A stretch of DNA of 64,000 nucleotides from positions 704,001 through 768,000 of the forward strand of contig CAWFXL010000001.1 in NCBI GenBank assembly GCA_963819815.1. Reading direction: 5' to 3'. Shown one piece after another: positions 52,345 to 64,000 of this stretch. Below the pieces are notes generated by a model. It saw only the letters and a list, made by a program, of their open reading frames with translations. It did not search any database and was not told where the DNA came from. The number at the start of each line of letters is the position of its first letter. Position 1 is the stretch's first letter. A program made the position numbers and the translations under genes. This stretch comes from an uncultured bacterium. GTDB taxonomy: Bacteria > Babelota > Babeliae > Babelales > Babelaceae.

Positions 52345-53331
52345 TTAGCTTGCTCTCAAGAACCGATGGTACCACAGTTCAAGTGCATACTCACCTCCAC
52401 CATTCTTGCTTGCATAGTCAAGTTCATAAAGACCTCTATGCGCTTCAACGAGAACCTGAGGGCTATAGCGTTTCCAATCAGTGTTAAGAAACGTAAAAGG
52501 CAGCCTATAGAATCCTTTTTTTGCCTCCTCAAGACCAGATGAGTGCGCTGCCGAAACGAACTGGGTTGCTTGCCAGATCTGCTCTGACCAATAGGCCACC
52601 CAGAACTCCAGAGGATATTCATCCTTACAAGCCTTCCACTGCCGCAAAAAAAGACGCGGATTGCGACCTAAGAGATACTGACTGAGTGTAAAGAGTGAAG
52701 CTTCAGAAACAACAAGCTTGGTATACCACGAAGCAAAGAACTCCTTACCATTGCGCCCTACAACGACCTGGTAAGACATGACCCGGTAGGCTTCATCAAG
52801 TGCCAACGTCTCCTGATACGTAAAAAGATGCTGTATAAAGGCAGGGTCAGCCGTAATACCTGGATACAAGAATGAGAAAAGTTCCTTATAAAGCTCTTTA
52901 TCAACTTTTTCAGGCAATTCAATGAGCATCTGTGAAGCAGCATTCCACGATGAAGAAGCTTTCTTCGCTGCTATCTTGCGTCCTTTAGGTGCAGCTCCTA
53001 AGCTTTCAAAGAATAGTATCCCATGAGGACCTTCATAGACCTCGAGGTAGCCTTTCCAGGCTTTCTTAGCAGCAGCATCAAGTGAGGTAAAGTTCCTGAG
53101 TACATAGCGCTTTCTCATGCCAAGAAAACTCATATCTAAATGAGCCTTACACTCATTGAGGGAAGACTGCTCTACATCAAGAAAGGTAAGCTCACCAAGA
53201 AGAGCTTTTAAGCGCACAAAGAATCCTCCCAGAAATGCTGCTGGGTAGTCATAACCTTGGTATGCGATAACAAAAAACCCGGGAAAATCCGGGCTTTGTT
53301 GTATCTGTGGTAACGCAGCTCGTAACTGCAT
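52345..53331 (-). CDS. Hypothetical protein, possibly a divergent DNA polymerase III delta subunit
   Basis: 328 aa, coupled to rph; MSFLG, SLFTL and LYELDYASKNG resemble HolA landmarks; function uncertain. Confidence 0.45.
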   Translation of the reverse strand: MQLRAALPQIQQSPDFPGFFVIAYQGYDYPAAFLGGFFVRLKALLGELTFLDVEQSSLNECKAHLDMSFLGMRKRYVLRNFTSLDAAAKKAWKGYLEVYEGPHGILFFESLGAAPKGRKIAAKKASSSWNAASQMLIELPEKVDKELYKELFSFLYPGITADPAFIQHLFTYQETLALDEAYRVMSYQVVVGRNGKEFFASWYTKLVVSEASLFTLSQYLLGRNPRLFLRQWKACKDEYPLEFWVAYWSEQIWQATQFVSAAHSSGLEEAKKGFYRLPFTFLNTDWKRYSPQVLVEAHRGLYELDYASKNGGGEYALELWYHRFLRAS

Positions 53332-53334
53332 TGT

Positions 53335-54129
53335 TTACTCCAATTCTGAAAAAAGATGCGCTGATGAGCGTAGTGCTGCACCAATATTCTTCTCAGCTGT
53401 AGGTACATAATGATTCTGGTCATAGAACTCAAAAAGCTCATTGACGCCCTTTTGAGCTAACGCACGCATATGCTCATACTGGTCCCAGGAAAGCGGAGCT
53501 CTCTCTGCTGATCCTTGTATTTCAATGACCTTGTCTGACCGCGTCAACACAAAGTTAAAGTCTGCTTCAGTACCGCTATCTTCCATAAAATCTAAATCGA
53601 GAATCGCCATATCTGAGGTAATACCAACAGACACTGCAGCAAGCTCATCAACAAGAATCTCATGAGAAATAATTCCCTGCCGAATCCACTTTGCTTGCGC
53701 TGCACGCAAGGCAAGATACGCAGCAGTAATACAGGCGGTGCGAGTTCCCCCATCAGCCTGCAGGACATCACAGTCTAAAAATATCGTCTGCTCACCTATG
53801 ACATCAAGCTGAGAAACAGACCTCAGTGCTCTCCCGATCATACGAGAGATCTCGATGGTCCTGCCACTTCTCTTATTAGCGGTTACTTCACGTACCGTCC
53901 TTATAGGAGTAGAAGCTGGAAGCAATGAATATTCAGCGGTCAGCCACCCAGATTTCTTGCCTCTCAAAAAATGAGGAACTCCCTGCTGCAGGGTGACCGA
54001 ACAAATAATCTTGGTATTGCCCAGCTCAAACAACGTCGATGCCGAAGCATACTTAAAAATATCATAGGACACACGCAGTGGTCTCAACTGGTCATGTGAC
54101 CTTTGGCCTGCTCGAACAAACTTGCTCAT
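53335..54129 (-). CDS. rph: Ribonuclease PH
   Basis: GWLTAEYSLLP, SGRTIEISR, DVLQADGGTRTA. Confidence 0.96.
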   Translation of the reverse strand: MSKFVRAGQRSHDQLRPLRVSYDIFKYASASTLFELGNTKIICSVTLQQGVPHFLRGKKSGWLTAEYSLLPASTPIRTVREVTANKRSGRTIEISRMIGRALRSVSQLDVIGEQTIFLDCDVLQADGGTRTACITAAYLALRAAQAKWIRQGIISHEILVDELAAVSVGITSDMAILDLDFMEDSGTEADFNFVLTRSDKVIEIQGSAERAPLSWDQYEHMRALAQKGVNELFEFYDQNHYVPTAEKNIGAALRSSAHLFSELE

Positions 54130-54140
54130 AGATTACTACC

Positions 54141-56219
54141 CTACTGTATGAGTTTTAAACGGATTCTCCCCGTACTTGGATCATAATCAAGTACAGACAC
54201 TTTCACAAGATCACCCGGCTTCATCGTTTTACTAAAGTCACCCACTTCTCGTGGAATATTAGAAACGTGCACAAGCCCATCCACCCCAGGAACCAATTCA
54301 ACAAAGAGTCCAAATTCAGCGATCTTCTTAATCGGACCCTCAAAAATGGCACCTTTGTCTATAATGCCCCCAAGAGTTTTCACCCAATGCACTGCTTTGT
54401 CAAGCTTCTCTCCAGGATGACCAAATATACGTACCGTACCATCATCATCGATATCAATTGTTGTAGCGGTTTTCTCAGTAATCTCACGGATCACTTTACC
54501 GCCAGTTCCTATGATAGCACCAATCTTATCGGTAGGTACCTTAACGGTCACAATCTGAGGTACTAAGTCAGACACCGTAGGATTTGGAACGGTCATTACC
54601 TTACGCATCTCGCCTAAGATATGTGCGCGTCCTTCCTTAGCCTGCGCTAATGCCATTTCAAAGACTTCTCGTGGTAATCCTACTTTAGCTTTAATATCCA
54701 TTTGAATAGCAGTGATACCTTTATCAGTACCCGCTACTTTAAAATCCATAAGTCCAAAGGCATCTTCCATACCTGAGATATCAGAAAGGGCTTGGAACTT
54801 GCCAGCTTTGCTCATTAAGAGACCCATAGCAATCCCACTCACCATACTCGTAATCGGTACACCTGCATTCATGAGTGCCATGGTAGAGCCACAGGTTGTC
54901 GCCATAGAAGTTGACCCATCAGATTCCAACATATCTGCTACTAAACGAATCGTATAGGGAAACTCTCCAGCCTTTGGAAGTACTGCACGTATAGCCGAAG
55001 CTGCTAAATATCCATGCCCAACCTCACGACGACCAACGCCACGCATAGGACGTACTTCTCCAACCGAAAACGGTGGGAAGTTATAGTGAAGCATAAACGT
55101 ACTTTCATACGATTCACCCATAATATCTTCTATACGTTGGGTATCAGTACCACCACCAAGTGTAGCACTCACTAACGCTTGTGTACGACCTCGGGTAAAC
55201 AGAGCAGAACCATGATTGAAAGGCAATAGACCAACTTCCACTTCAATTTGACGAATCTTATTAAAAGGACGGTCATCAATTCGCTTACCGCGCTTAAACG
55301 TCTCTTCAGATAATACTGATGCTATCTCTGTAGAGAAAACATAGTCAAGAACTTTTTGTGATGCTGCTTCTTCTGCACTTTCTGTTGAGGCAAATTTAGC
55401 AAAGAATTCGGTTTTTAGCCGATCCATACCCTGGCTACGCACAAGCTTATCAGTATGGAACAATACTGAAACTGTCTCCGGTGTCAGGAAATCAAGAGCA
55501 CGTTTTTTCCAAAGAGCCATATCAAAATGTTTCACCGGCTCTTCTTTGGGCGTACCCACTTCACGCTGTATCTCAAGCTGCCAAGCAACTTGCTTCTTAA
55601 TAACATCATGCGCTTTGAAAAGAAGATCCAGGAATTCTGACTCACTAATCTGATCGCAGCTTCCCTCTAACATACAGACACCTTCTTGGGTCCCTGCAAC
55701 AGTAATTTTGACCGTAGATTCGGCACTTTGTTGGTGCGTTGGATTAAAAATCCATTGGCCATCTACTCGTGCAACATTAATTGCACCCACAGGTCCAAGG
55801 AACGGAATCTTAGAAATCGTTAACGCTAACGATGAAGCCAATAATCCAAGCACTGAAGGTTCATGGATCTTATCCACAGAATAGACACCATTAACAATTT
55901 GGAGCTGCTCAAAGAAATCTTCGGGAAAAAGTGGACGGATTGCTCGATCAATAAGGCGAGAAACAAGGACATCGTTATCGCTTGGTTTGCCTTCACGTTT
56001 AAAATAACCTCCGGGAATACGTCCTGCGGCGGCAAAATTTTCTCGATATTCAACCGTCAGAGGAAGAAATCCGGGAAATTCATTACTGGGAGCGGTACAT
56101 ACCGTTGAAAGGAGAACCGTTCCTCCTTGTTGAATCCAGACTGCACCATCAGCTTGCTGAGCATATTTACCGAGGGTGACTTCAATACCATACTCGGGTA
56201 ATGTAAATTTTTTTTGCAT
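54141..56219 (-). CDS. pnp: Polyribonucleotide nucleotidyltransferase
   Basis: FLPLTVEY, HYNFPPFSVGE, MDFKVAGT, KH and S1 domains. Confidence 0.98.
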   Translation of the reverse strand: MQKKFTLPEYGIEVTLGKYAQQADGAVWIQQGGTVLLSTVCTAPSNEFPGFLPLTVEYRENFAAAGRIPGGYFKREGKPSDNDVLVSRLIDRAIRPLFPEDFFEQLQIVNGVYSVDKIHEPSVLGLLASSLALTISKIPFLGPVGAINVARVDGQWIFNPTHQQSAESTVKITVAGTQEGVCMLEGSCDQISESEFLDLLFKAHDVIKKQVAWQLEIQREVGTPKEEPVKHFDMALWKKRALDFLTPETVSVLFHTDKLVRSQGMDRLKTEFFAKFASTESAEEAASQKVLDYVFSTEIASVLSEETFKRGKRIDDRPFNKIRQIEVEVGLLPFNHGSALFTRGRTQALVSATLGGGTDTQRIEDIMGESYESTFMLHYNFPPFSVGEVRPMRGVGRREVGHGYLAASAIRAVLPKAGEFPYTIRLVADMLESDGSTSMATTCGSTMALMNAGVPITSMVSGIAMGLLMSKAGKFQALSDISGMEDAFGLMDFKVAGTDKGITAIQMDIKAKVGLPREVFEMALAQAKEGRAHILGEMRKVMTVPNPTVSDLVPQIVTVKVPTDKIGAIIGTGGKVIREITEKTATTIDIDDDGTVRIFGHPGEKLDKAVHWVKTLGGIIDKGAIFEGPIKKIAEFGLFVELVPGVDGLVHVSNIPREVGDFSKTMKPGDLVKVSVLDYDPSTGRIRLKLIQ

Positions 56220-56231
56220 TAAGAAAACCTT

Positions 56232-56492
56232 TTATTTACGTAACCCAAGTGTTGTTATAACTTTTTTATAGCCATCAAAATTTTCGCGCTTTAGATAGTC
56301 AAGTAATTTACGACGGCGTCCGACTAGGACAAGCAATCCACGTTTTGATCCGTAGTCCTTTGCATGCGTTGCAAAGTGCTCATTTAAGGTATTAATCCTC
56401 TCGGTTAAGAGAGCGATTTGCACTTCGGTCGAGCCAGAATCACTGGCATGGCGCTTAAATTGCGCCGCTGTATCTGTTCTTGTTTCAGCCAT
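56232..56492 (-). CDS. rpsO: 30S ribosomal protein S15
   Basis: [29 protein letters not shown]. Confidence 0.98.
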   Translation of the reverse strand: MAETRTDTAAQFKRHASDSGSTEVQIALLTERINTLNEHFATHAKDYGSKRGLLVLVGRRRKLLDYLKRENFDGYKKVITTLGLRK

Positions 56493-56523
56493 GTTGAGAA
56501 ACTCCTTACAATTCTTTAGGATC

Positions 56524-56598
56524 TGGTAGGCGTAAGCGGATTTGAACCGCTGACCCCTGCTACGTCAAAGCAGTGCTCTACCTCTGAGCTATACGCCT
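56524..56598 (-). tRNA. tRNA-Val(GAC)
   Basis: AGGCGTA/TACGCCT acceptor stem, CTGCT-TTGACGT-AGCAG anticodon arm, GGTTCAAATCC T-arm, encoded CCA. Confidence 0.97.
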
Positions 56599-56619
56599 AT
56601 TCATAGCACTAATACTATT

Positions 56620-59600
56620 TCAAATTACCGGTTCAAGAGGCTTAACCCCATGCAAACCTTCGAGGTATTTTTTTCTAAACGAGGCAACTCCTGTTCCAGC
56701 TGGAATCAGTTTACCTATTATCACATTTTCTTTCAATCCATACAGATGATCTATCTGCCCAGATACTGCCGCTTCAGCCAAAATACGGGTCGTTTCTTGG
56801 AATGATGCTGCAGAAATGAAGCTTTCAGTACCAAGCGATGCAAGGGTAATACCCATAAGCACCGGTTTAGCCTTCGCCACCTTTCTACCCTCAGCTTGCA
56901 ATGCTTCATTCAAGGTTTGGAAGTGAATACGGTCAACGCGGTCACCCACCAAGAATTCAGTATCTCCAGGATCAACGATACGTACCTTACGCAGCATTTG
57001 ACGCACGATAAGTTCTATATGCCTATCATTAATATCAATTCCTTGTAGGCGATAAATGAGCTGTATCTGGTTCACCAGATATTTTTGAAGAACTTCAGGC
57101 CCTAGGATCCGAAGAATATCATGGAGCACAGGAGCCCCTGCCGTAATAAGGTCACCAGCTTGCACACGATCACCATTATTAACGTTTACCTGCTTACCTC
57201 GTGGAATAAGATAATCAAAAGATTGGTCACCATCAGTTATCGTAATCTTACGCTGACCACGAGTAATACCACCAAAGGTCACTTCTCCATCGATATCGGC
57301 CAATATTGCAGGATCTTTTGGCATACGTGCTTCAAAAAGCTCCGCAATACGAGGCAACCCACCGGTGGTAATATCTTGAGATCTCGTTGCTTCACGAGGA
57401 ACCTTCATAAGAACATCACCAACTTTTACTTTTTGTCCATCAGCAACCGTTAAATGTGCACTGCTTGGCAAGAAATAATGAGCAAGCTCATCTCCCTTGT
57501 CATTGACAATGTCGATCACCGGCTGGTACTTATCGCTCTTATGTTCAAGAACCACTTTTGCTGATCGGCCTGTAGCATCATCATACCGTTCTTGAACGGT
57601 CACGTTATCGATAAGGTCTTGGTATTTTACGGTACCCGCCTGCTCAGTAATAAGAACTTTATTGTTGACATCCCACTCTACGAGCTTCGTGCCGGCTTTT
57701 ATTTGCTGGTCATTCTGTACTAAGAGACGTGACCCATATTCAAGATCATAGCGCTGTAATTCACGACCATCCAATGAGAGGATAATGAGTAACGCTTTAC
57801 GACTCAGGATCATCGTATGGCCTTCTGAATTGACCACGGTTCTTACAAGACGTAATTGTACCACGCCATCATATTTAGCAGTATAGGAAGATTGCTCAGC
57901 AACACTCGCAATACCCCCAATATGGAAGGTTCTCATAGTAAGCTGAGTACCAGGTTCACCGATCGACTGTGCGGCAATAATACCCACGGTCGTTCCCACA
58001 TCAACCAAATCAGTTTTTGAAAGATCGATACCGTAACACAAGGCACATACGCCCCGTTTTGCCTGACAAAGAAGAGGTGAACGAAGGGGTATGATGGTAA
58101 TTGCAGATTCATTAATGCGGTCTAAATCAGCAGCACTAACAAAGCTTCCTTGCTTAAGAATAATTTCACCAGAGATAGGATCTTTCGTATCTTGCGCAAC
58201 TACACGACCATAGACCCGTAAGCCAAGATCATAGAGCACCTCACCACCTTCTCTGAGTGCCTCAGTCATAACATACCCAAGCGTTTTGCAATCGTGCATA
58301 ACCACTACAAGGTCCTGAGCTACGTCTACCAATCGACGAGTAAGGTACCCTGAGTTAGCTGTTTTCAACGCGGTATCAGCCTGACCTTTACGAGCACCAT
58401 GAGTAGAAATAAAGTACTCAAACACTCCAAGGCCTTGCTTAAAGTTTGTCTTAACAGGAGTCTCCATAATTTCACCAGAGGGCTTAGCCATGAGTCCCCT
58501 CATACCGACCAACTGACGAACCTGCTCTTTTGAAGAACGAGCACCTGAGCTCAACATCATAAAGATAGCATTAAACGGTTCATTCGTTTTGTCTTCGTTG
58601 AGGTATGCTTTTTTGTCAGCTTTATCAAGTTCAGCAAAAACATGGTCTGCCACATCAGAAGTTGCCTTTGACCAAAGGCTCAGAACCTTATTGTTCCGCT
58701 CACCGTTGGTAATAACACCATCCATGTAGAGCTCTTCGATTCTTTGAACTTCTTTCTCTGCTTTTTCAATAATGACATCTTTTTCTTTAGGCACAATCAA
58801 GTTATCGATCGGGAATGAGATACCGGCCATCGTTGCATTATAAAAACCAAGTTTTTTAATACGATCGAGGCATTTTACCGTAGCCACACTACCAAAGCGG
58901 TTGTACACTTGATCAACAAGCTTAGTAAGCTCAGATTTTTTCATAATCCGATTTACCCAAGCAAAGTCAGATCCTTCAGGCAATGCTTTATACAGGAGTA
59001 CACGACCAACACTTGTTTCAGTAAGTTCGGTTTCTCCTACACGTACCTTAATACGTGCGTGAAGATGCACTTGACCCATCTGATGTGCACTTACCACCTC
59101 ATCAGTAGTAGCAAAGACAATACCTTCACCCAATTGATTACAACGGATTTTGGTAATAAAGTGAAGCCCAAGAACCATATCCTGCGAAGGAACGGTCACT
59201 GGACGACCATTGGCTGCCGATAAAATATTTTGCGTTGAGAGAATAAGATGCTTAGATTCTAAGCGTGCACTCTCACTCAACGGAATATGTACCGCCATCT
59301 GGTCACCATCAAAGTCAGCGTTGTATGCGCTACACACTAACGGATGAATCTTGATTGCTTTACCATCCACTAATATTGGATAAAAAGCCTGAATACCTAA
59401 TCTATGTAATGTCGGAGCACGGTTTAAGAGAACTGGATAGTTCTGTACAACTGACTCAAGAACGTCCCAAACTTCAGGGGCCCATTCTTCAACCATACGT
59501 TTTGCAACACGCAGGTTTGGCGCCATTTCATTTTCTAAAAGACCCGCAAACACGTGCGATTTAAAGAGCTCGAGCGCCATAATTTTAGGAAGACCACATT

Positions 59601-60702
59601 GGTCCATACGCAATTCTGGATCAACAACGATAACAGAACGACCCGAGTAATCAACCCGTTTACCAAGAAGGTTCTGCCTAAAGCGCCCTTGTTTACCACG
59701 TAACATTTCACTCAACGACTTAAGCGCACGCTTATTTGAGCCGCGAACAGCCTGACCACGACGACCATTATCAATGAGCGCGTCAACAGATTCTTGGAGC
59801 ATACGTTTTTCATTTTTAATAATTACCGATGGTGCTTGTATTTCCATTAAACGCTGTAAGCGAATATTTCTGTTAAGCACTCGACGATAGAGTTCATTAA
59901 GGTCAGAGCTCGCAAATCGGCCCCCTTCTAAGGGCACCAAAGGACGCAAGTCGGGTGGCAAGACGGGCAAGACACTCATGATCATCCAGTCAGGACGTAA
60001 GTTCGCCTGTGCAAGCCCTTTAATAACCTTAAGACGTCTCAAGAGTTTATGACGAGTCGCAACTGCTGAGGTACCCTGATATTTTTCTTCAAGAGCTGCT
60101 TTCTCCGCATGCAGATCGAGCTTTGAAAGTACTAAGCGTATCGCTTCAGCACCCGTTTCAGCTTTGAATTCAAAGTCACCTGGATTTGCATCAAGGTATC
60201 CTTCAAGTTCAGTACCACTTAAAAGGTACCGTTCTGGATAGGGAGATTTGCCCTGCTTAATAACCAAGGAAGCATCAAAGTAGATGATACGTTCAAGATC
60301 TTTAATAGGCATATCAAGGATCAGACCCAAGTAACTTGGTATCCCCTTTAAGTACCATATATGGCAGACGGGAGCTACGAGCTCTATATGCCCCATTCGT
60401 TCACGACGAACACGGGCTTGAATTACTTCAACGCCACATTTTTCGCAGGTGATCCCCCGATGTTTCATACGCTTGTATTTACCACAGTTACATTCCCAAT
60501 CCTTTACCGGGCCAAATATACGGGCACAGAAAAGACCGTCACGTTCTGGTTTGAGCGTACGATAGTTAATCGTCTCTATTTTTTTTACTTCGCCATAGGA
60601 TAATGATCGTACTTTCTCAGGAGAAGCAAGTCCGATTTTTAATGCATTAAACTGTGCCGTATTTATATACTCACGAAATCGTTCAAGCAGTTTGTTACTC
60701 AC
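56620..60702 (-). CDS. rpoC: RNA polymerase beta' subunit
   Basis: [30 protein letters not shown]. Confidence 0.99.
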   Translation of the reverse strand: MSNKLLERFREYINTAQFNALKIGLASPEKVRSLSYGEVKKIETINYRTLKPERDGLFCARIFGPVKDWECNCGKYKRMKHRGITCEKCGVEVIQARVRRERMGHIELVAPVCHIWYLKGIPSYLGLILDMPIKDLERIIYFDASLVIKQGKSPYPERYLLSGTELEGYLDANPGDFEFKAETGAEAIRLVLSKLDLHAEKAALEEKYQGTSAVATRHKLLRRLKVIKGLAQANLRPDWMIMSVLPVLPPDLRPLVPLEGGRFASSDLNELYRRVLNRNIRLQRLMEIQAPSVIIKNEKRMLQESVDALIDNGRRGQAVRGSNKRALKSLSEMLRGKQGRFRQNLLGKRVDYSGRSVIVVDPELRMDQCGLPKIMALELFKSHVFAGLLENEMAPNLRVAKRMVEEWAPEVWDVLESVVQNYPVLLNRAPTLHRLGIQAFYPILVDGKAIKIHPLVCSAYNADFDGDQMAVHIPLSESARLESKHLILSTQNILSAANGRPVTVPSQDMVLGLHFITKIRCNQLGEGIVFATTDEVVSAHQMGQVHLHARIKVRVGETELTETSVGRVLLYKALPEGSDFAWVNRIMKKSELTKLVDQVYNRFGSVATVKCLDRIKKLGFYNATMAGISFPIDNLIVPKEKDVIIEKAEKEVQRIEELYMDGVITNGERNNKVLSLWSKATSDVADHVFAELDKADKKAYLNEDKTNEPFNAIFMMLSSGARSSKEQVRQLVGMRGLMAKPSGEIMETPVKTNFKQGLGVFEYFISTHGARKGQADTALKTANSGYLTRRLVDVAQDLVVVMHDCKTLGYVMTEALREGGEVLYDLGLRVYGRVVAQDTKDPISGEIILKQGSFVSAADLDRINESAITIIPLRSPLLCQAKRGVCALCYGIDLSKTDLVDVGTTVGIIAAQSIGEPGTQLTMRTFHIGGIASVAEQSSYTAKYDGVVQLRLVRTVVNSEGHTMILSRKALLIILSLDGRELQRYDLEYGSRLLVQNDQQIKAGTKLVEWDVNNKVLITEQAGTVKYQDLIDNVTVQERYDDATGRSAKVVLEHKSDKYQPVIDIVNDKGDELAHYFLPSSAHLTVADGQKVKVGDVLMKVPREATRSQDITTGGLPRIAELFEARMPKDPAILADIDGEVTFGGITRGQRKITITDGDQSFDYLIPRGKQVNVNNGDRVQAGDLITAGAPVLHDILRILGPEVLQKYLVNQIQLIYRLQGIDINDRHIELIVRQMLRKVRIVDPGDTEFLVGDRVDRIHFQTLNEALQAEGRKVAKAKPVLMGITLASLGTESFISAASFQETTRILAEAAVSGQIDHLYGLKENVIIGKLIPAGTGVASFRKKYLEGLHGVKPLEPVI

Positions 60703-63700
60703 TTACTTCCTCCTTGCCACTTTTAAAGAGATCTATGCGTAACCCAAGACTCTGCAATTCTTTTATTAACACATTAAATGATTCAGGTAACCCCGGATCA
60801 GGTATTGGTTCATTTCTGACCAACGCCTCATACACCTTATGACGACCAACAACGTCATCAGATTTGTACGTGAGCATCTCCTGAAGACTATAGGCTGCGC
60901 CATGTGCTTCAAGTGCCCAGACCTCCATCTCCCCAAATCGTTGTCCCCCAAGCTGCGCTTTACCACCAAGTGGTTGCTGCGTAACTAAGGAGTATGGCCC
61001 CACAGAACGAGCATGCAATTTATCATCAACCATGTGGTTCAGTTTCATGATGTAAATATTACCAACCGTTACCGGCTGGTCAAAGTATTCGCCCGTTCGC
61101 CCATCACGAATCATATAGACCCCAGAAATAGGGCCACCAACGGTCTCAATAAGAGGCTTAATATCTTGCTCAAACGAAGCTCCATCAAATACAGGAGTCG
61201 TAAAACAGACCCCCTCTTTTGCAGATCGTCGTGCAAGTTCTAAAAGCCCTTCTTCACCATAGGATTTTTCATAGGTTTCAATAAGCTCTTTACCATAGGC
61301 AGCTGTAAGCAACTTGCGTGCCCCTTTCAGACCTTCAACTTCAAGAAGCTTACCAATCTGCTCACCCAACTGCTGGCCCGCAAATCCAAGAATCGTTTCA
61401 AGAATCTGACCAACGTTCATACGTGAGGGTACACCTAAGGGGTTGAGCACAATATCAACCGGCGTTCCATCATCCATATAGGGCATATCTTCACGAGGAA
61501 CAATAATAGATACCACACCCTTATTACCATGGCGACCGGCAACTTTATCACCAACCGATACATGCCGCTTCATACCGATGTACACTTTTACCATCTTAAT
61601 AACGCCTGAAGGAAGCGGATCACCTTTTTTCAAACGGTTAATACGTTCTTCCTTGAGACCTAACAAGATACGTGCCTGATTTTCACAGGATGATGCAAGG
61701 TTCTTAACCTCAGTAGCAAGCGCCTTATCAGCCGGTTTAAGCGCAGCAAGCTCTTTAAGCTCAGCTTGTTGAAGTTTCGCTTTATCGAACTTACCTGTCT
61801 TAATAAGCGATGATTTATCGCCCTTAGCAGCCTCTTTACCGCCAAGAAGTTCAGCAATTTTAAGCCCAACCATTTTTTCAAGGGTATGCACATGCATGTC
61901 ATACTCTTTTTCAAGACGGAAGGTTTCCTGTGCAACCATCTCTTTATAACGTCTATCTCGACGTATACCTGCGCGTGAAAATACTTTCACGTCGATAACC
62001 GTTCCCTCAATACCAGGGGGTACTCGAAGAGAAGTATCGCGCACTTCACGAGATTTTTCTCCAAAGATCGCACGTAATAATTTCTCCTCTGGAGAAAATT
62101 GAATATCACCTTTTAAGGTAACTTTACCTACTAAGATATCACCCGGTCGAACCCTAGTACCTATCCGTACAATGCCATCTTCATCAAGACCTGCGAGCAC
62201 CGATTCACTAATATTAGGAATATCACGAGTAATCTCTTCAGGCCCGAGCTTGGTGTCTCTCGCTTCTACGACATATTCATCGATATGCACCGACGTTAAC
62301 ACATCATCCGTTACTAACCGTTTGCTTAAGACAATTGCGTCCTCAAAGTTGTATCCATGCCATGGCATGAAGGCAACATTTAAGTTACTTCCTAGAGCAA
62401 GCTCACCATTATACACTGAGGTTCCATCACTCAAAAGATCGCCTTTTTTCACCCGATCACCAACATGTACAATCGGTGATTGATGAATCCAGGTATAGTA
62501 ACTTGAACGCTGGAACTTCCTCAGATAATAGGTATCTACCCCTTGAGAAATCCAATCATCAACGTTTTTAAATTCCGATTCATCAAGACGTACAACAATC
62601 TTCTCTGAAGAAACATATTCTACATAGCCATCATGTTTCGCAATAATAATCGCACCAGAAGCACGAGCAATTTCACGCTCCATGCCGGTACCTACAATAG
62701 GTGTTTGAAGTTTAATAATCGGAACCGCTTGTCGTTGCATGTTCGATCCCATGAGCGCACGAGATGCATCATCATGCGATAAGAAGGGAATCAATGCAGT
62801 CGAAACAGAAACAAGCTGTTTTGGTGATAAATCTACATAATCGATCTTATCACTATCGACATACATGAAGTTACCTTCATGTCGTAGCAAAAACACGTTC
62901 CTCAATAACTTCTTTGGTATCTTCATTCACCGAACTTGCTTGACCAATATACTTGTTGCTCTCTTCAAAAGCATCAAGAAATACTACTTCATTAAGTAAC
63001 TTACCTTTACTTACTGGCCGATAGGCGGTTTCAATAAAGCCAAGATCATTAACAAAAGCATAGGTAGCCAAGGAAGAAATCAGACCTACGGTTTGACCTT
63101 CAGGAGTCTCAATTGGACAGATTCTTCCATAGTGAGAGGTATGCACATCACGAATTTCATAGGTTGCACGGTCTTTCATAACGCCGCCGGGCCCAAGAGC
63201 TGATAGACGCCGTTTATGTGCAATTTCTGCCAAAGGATTCGTTTGATCCATAAACTGGGAAAGCTGCCCTGTCCCAAAAAATTCACGCAATACTGCACTG
63301 AGCGGTTTCACATTCAAAAAATCTTGAGGCATTAATGCTCCATGAGCTTCCTGAATTCTAAAACGTTCACGAACTATTCGTTCAATGCGCAACAGACCCA
63401 GATAGATCTGGTTATTTAAAAGCTCACCCACCAAGCGAACTCGACGATTTCCTAAATGATCGATATCATCAAGCTCACCTTCACCACGCTCACGTAAGTT
63501 CACAAGATATTTAATGGTCGCTATAAAATCTTCTTTCGTCAGCGTCGACATTTCTTCATCAATAGAAAGACCAAGTTTACGGTTCATCCGAATACGTCCA
63601 ACTTTTGTCAGATCATATAAGCGCGGATTAAAGAAGTTATTAAATAAACGTTCTTTAATCTCATCAAGGGATGCATTATCACCCGGATACAATTTAGCAT

Positions 63701-64000
63701 GAACTTCTTTAAGCGCTTCATCTTCCGAATAACACTTGTCTTGTGCAAGCGTTAACGCAAGCGTAGGCTGGAACACATATCCCGATTGACTGATCAGCTT
63801 AAATTCTAGCTTAGGAAATTTAAGTAAAAGCTCATAGTACTCTTCAGAACAGTTCTCTCCTTGCTCGATGATAACTTCACCGGTAGCAGGATCGATAACA
63901 TCAGATCCAAAAACACGATTGAGTAAGCTCGTTTTTCCTAAGTAAATTCTTGTGAGTTTGTTCTTTTGTAAGGTGCTGAGGATTTCTTTTGTAAAACGCT
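60695..64000 (-). CDS. rpoB: RNA polymerase beta subunit, 5' part outside the window; one +1 indel near 62886
   Basis: [34 protein letters not shown]; frame stays open from 63776 to the window end. Confidence 0.98.

Noticed and set aside
56555..56575. Unusual G37 in tRNA-Val(GAC) linked to the TrmD fusion
   Set aside because: This anticodon loop occurs in other Val(GAC) tRNAs; nothing links it to the fusion
62870..62930. Naturally split rpoB or programmed frameshift
   Set aside because: No slippery sequence; one-base deletion restores the frame, as at other sites
63190..63275. Rifampicin-resistance substitutions in RpoB
   Set aside because: [22 protein letters not shown] retains the usual Q, D, H and S residues

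Overview
64 kb of bacterial chromosome. The housekeeping backbone is rplM, pepP, recR, yidC, murC, rplS, trmD, rpsP, ffh, hflX, pcrA/uvrD, trpS, cdaA/cdaR/glmM, rph, pnp, rpsO, tRNA-Val(GAC), rpoC and a partial rpoB. Between these lie accessory genes typical of a host-associated organism: signal-peptide ankyrin proteins, a Sel1-repeat protein, secreted beta-helix proteins, toxin-antitoxin genes and amino-acid importers. The content resembles Dependentiae/Babeliae (TM6), but this is an inference and was not searched. Several essential genes carry single-base indels, most likely assembly errors. Most notable: (1) two stand-alone ATPase + PD-(D/E)XK genes, each preceded by its own precisely phased array of inverted repeats at a sigma70 promoter; (2) a 39-codon ORF missing from the ORF track that is an argG deletion scar inside an ArgR-controlled importer operon with clear ARG boxes; (3) a CdaA homologue lacking both catalytic motifs and separated from cdaR-glmM by about 9 kb; (4) a beta-helix gene bracketed by 37-bp direct repeats, with a paralogue sharing its promoter and 3' hairpin. 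No CRISPR array, rRNA, integrase or transposase was seen.
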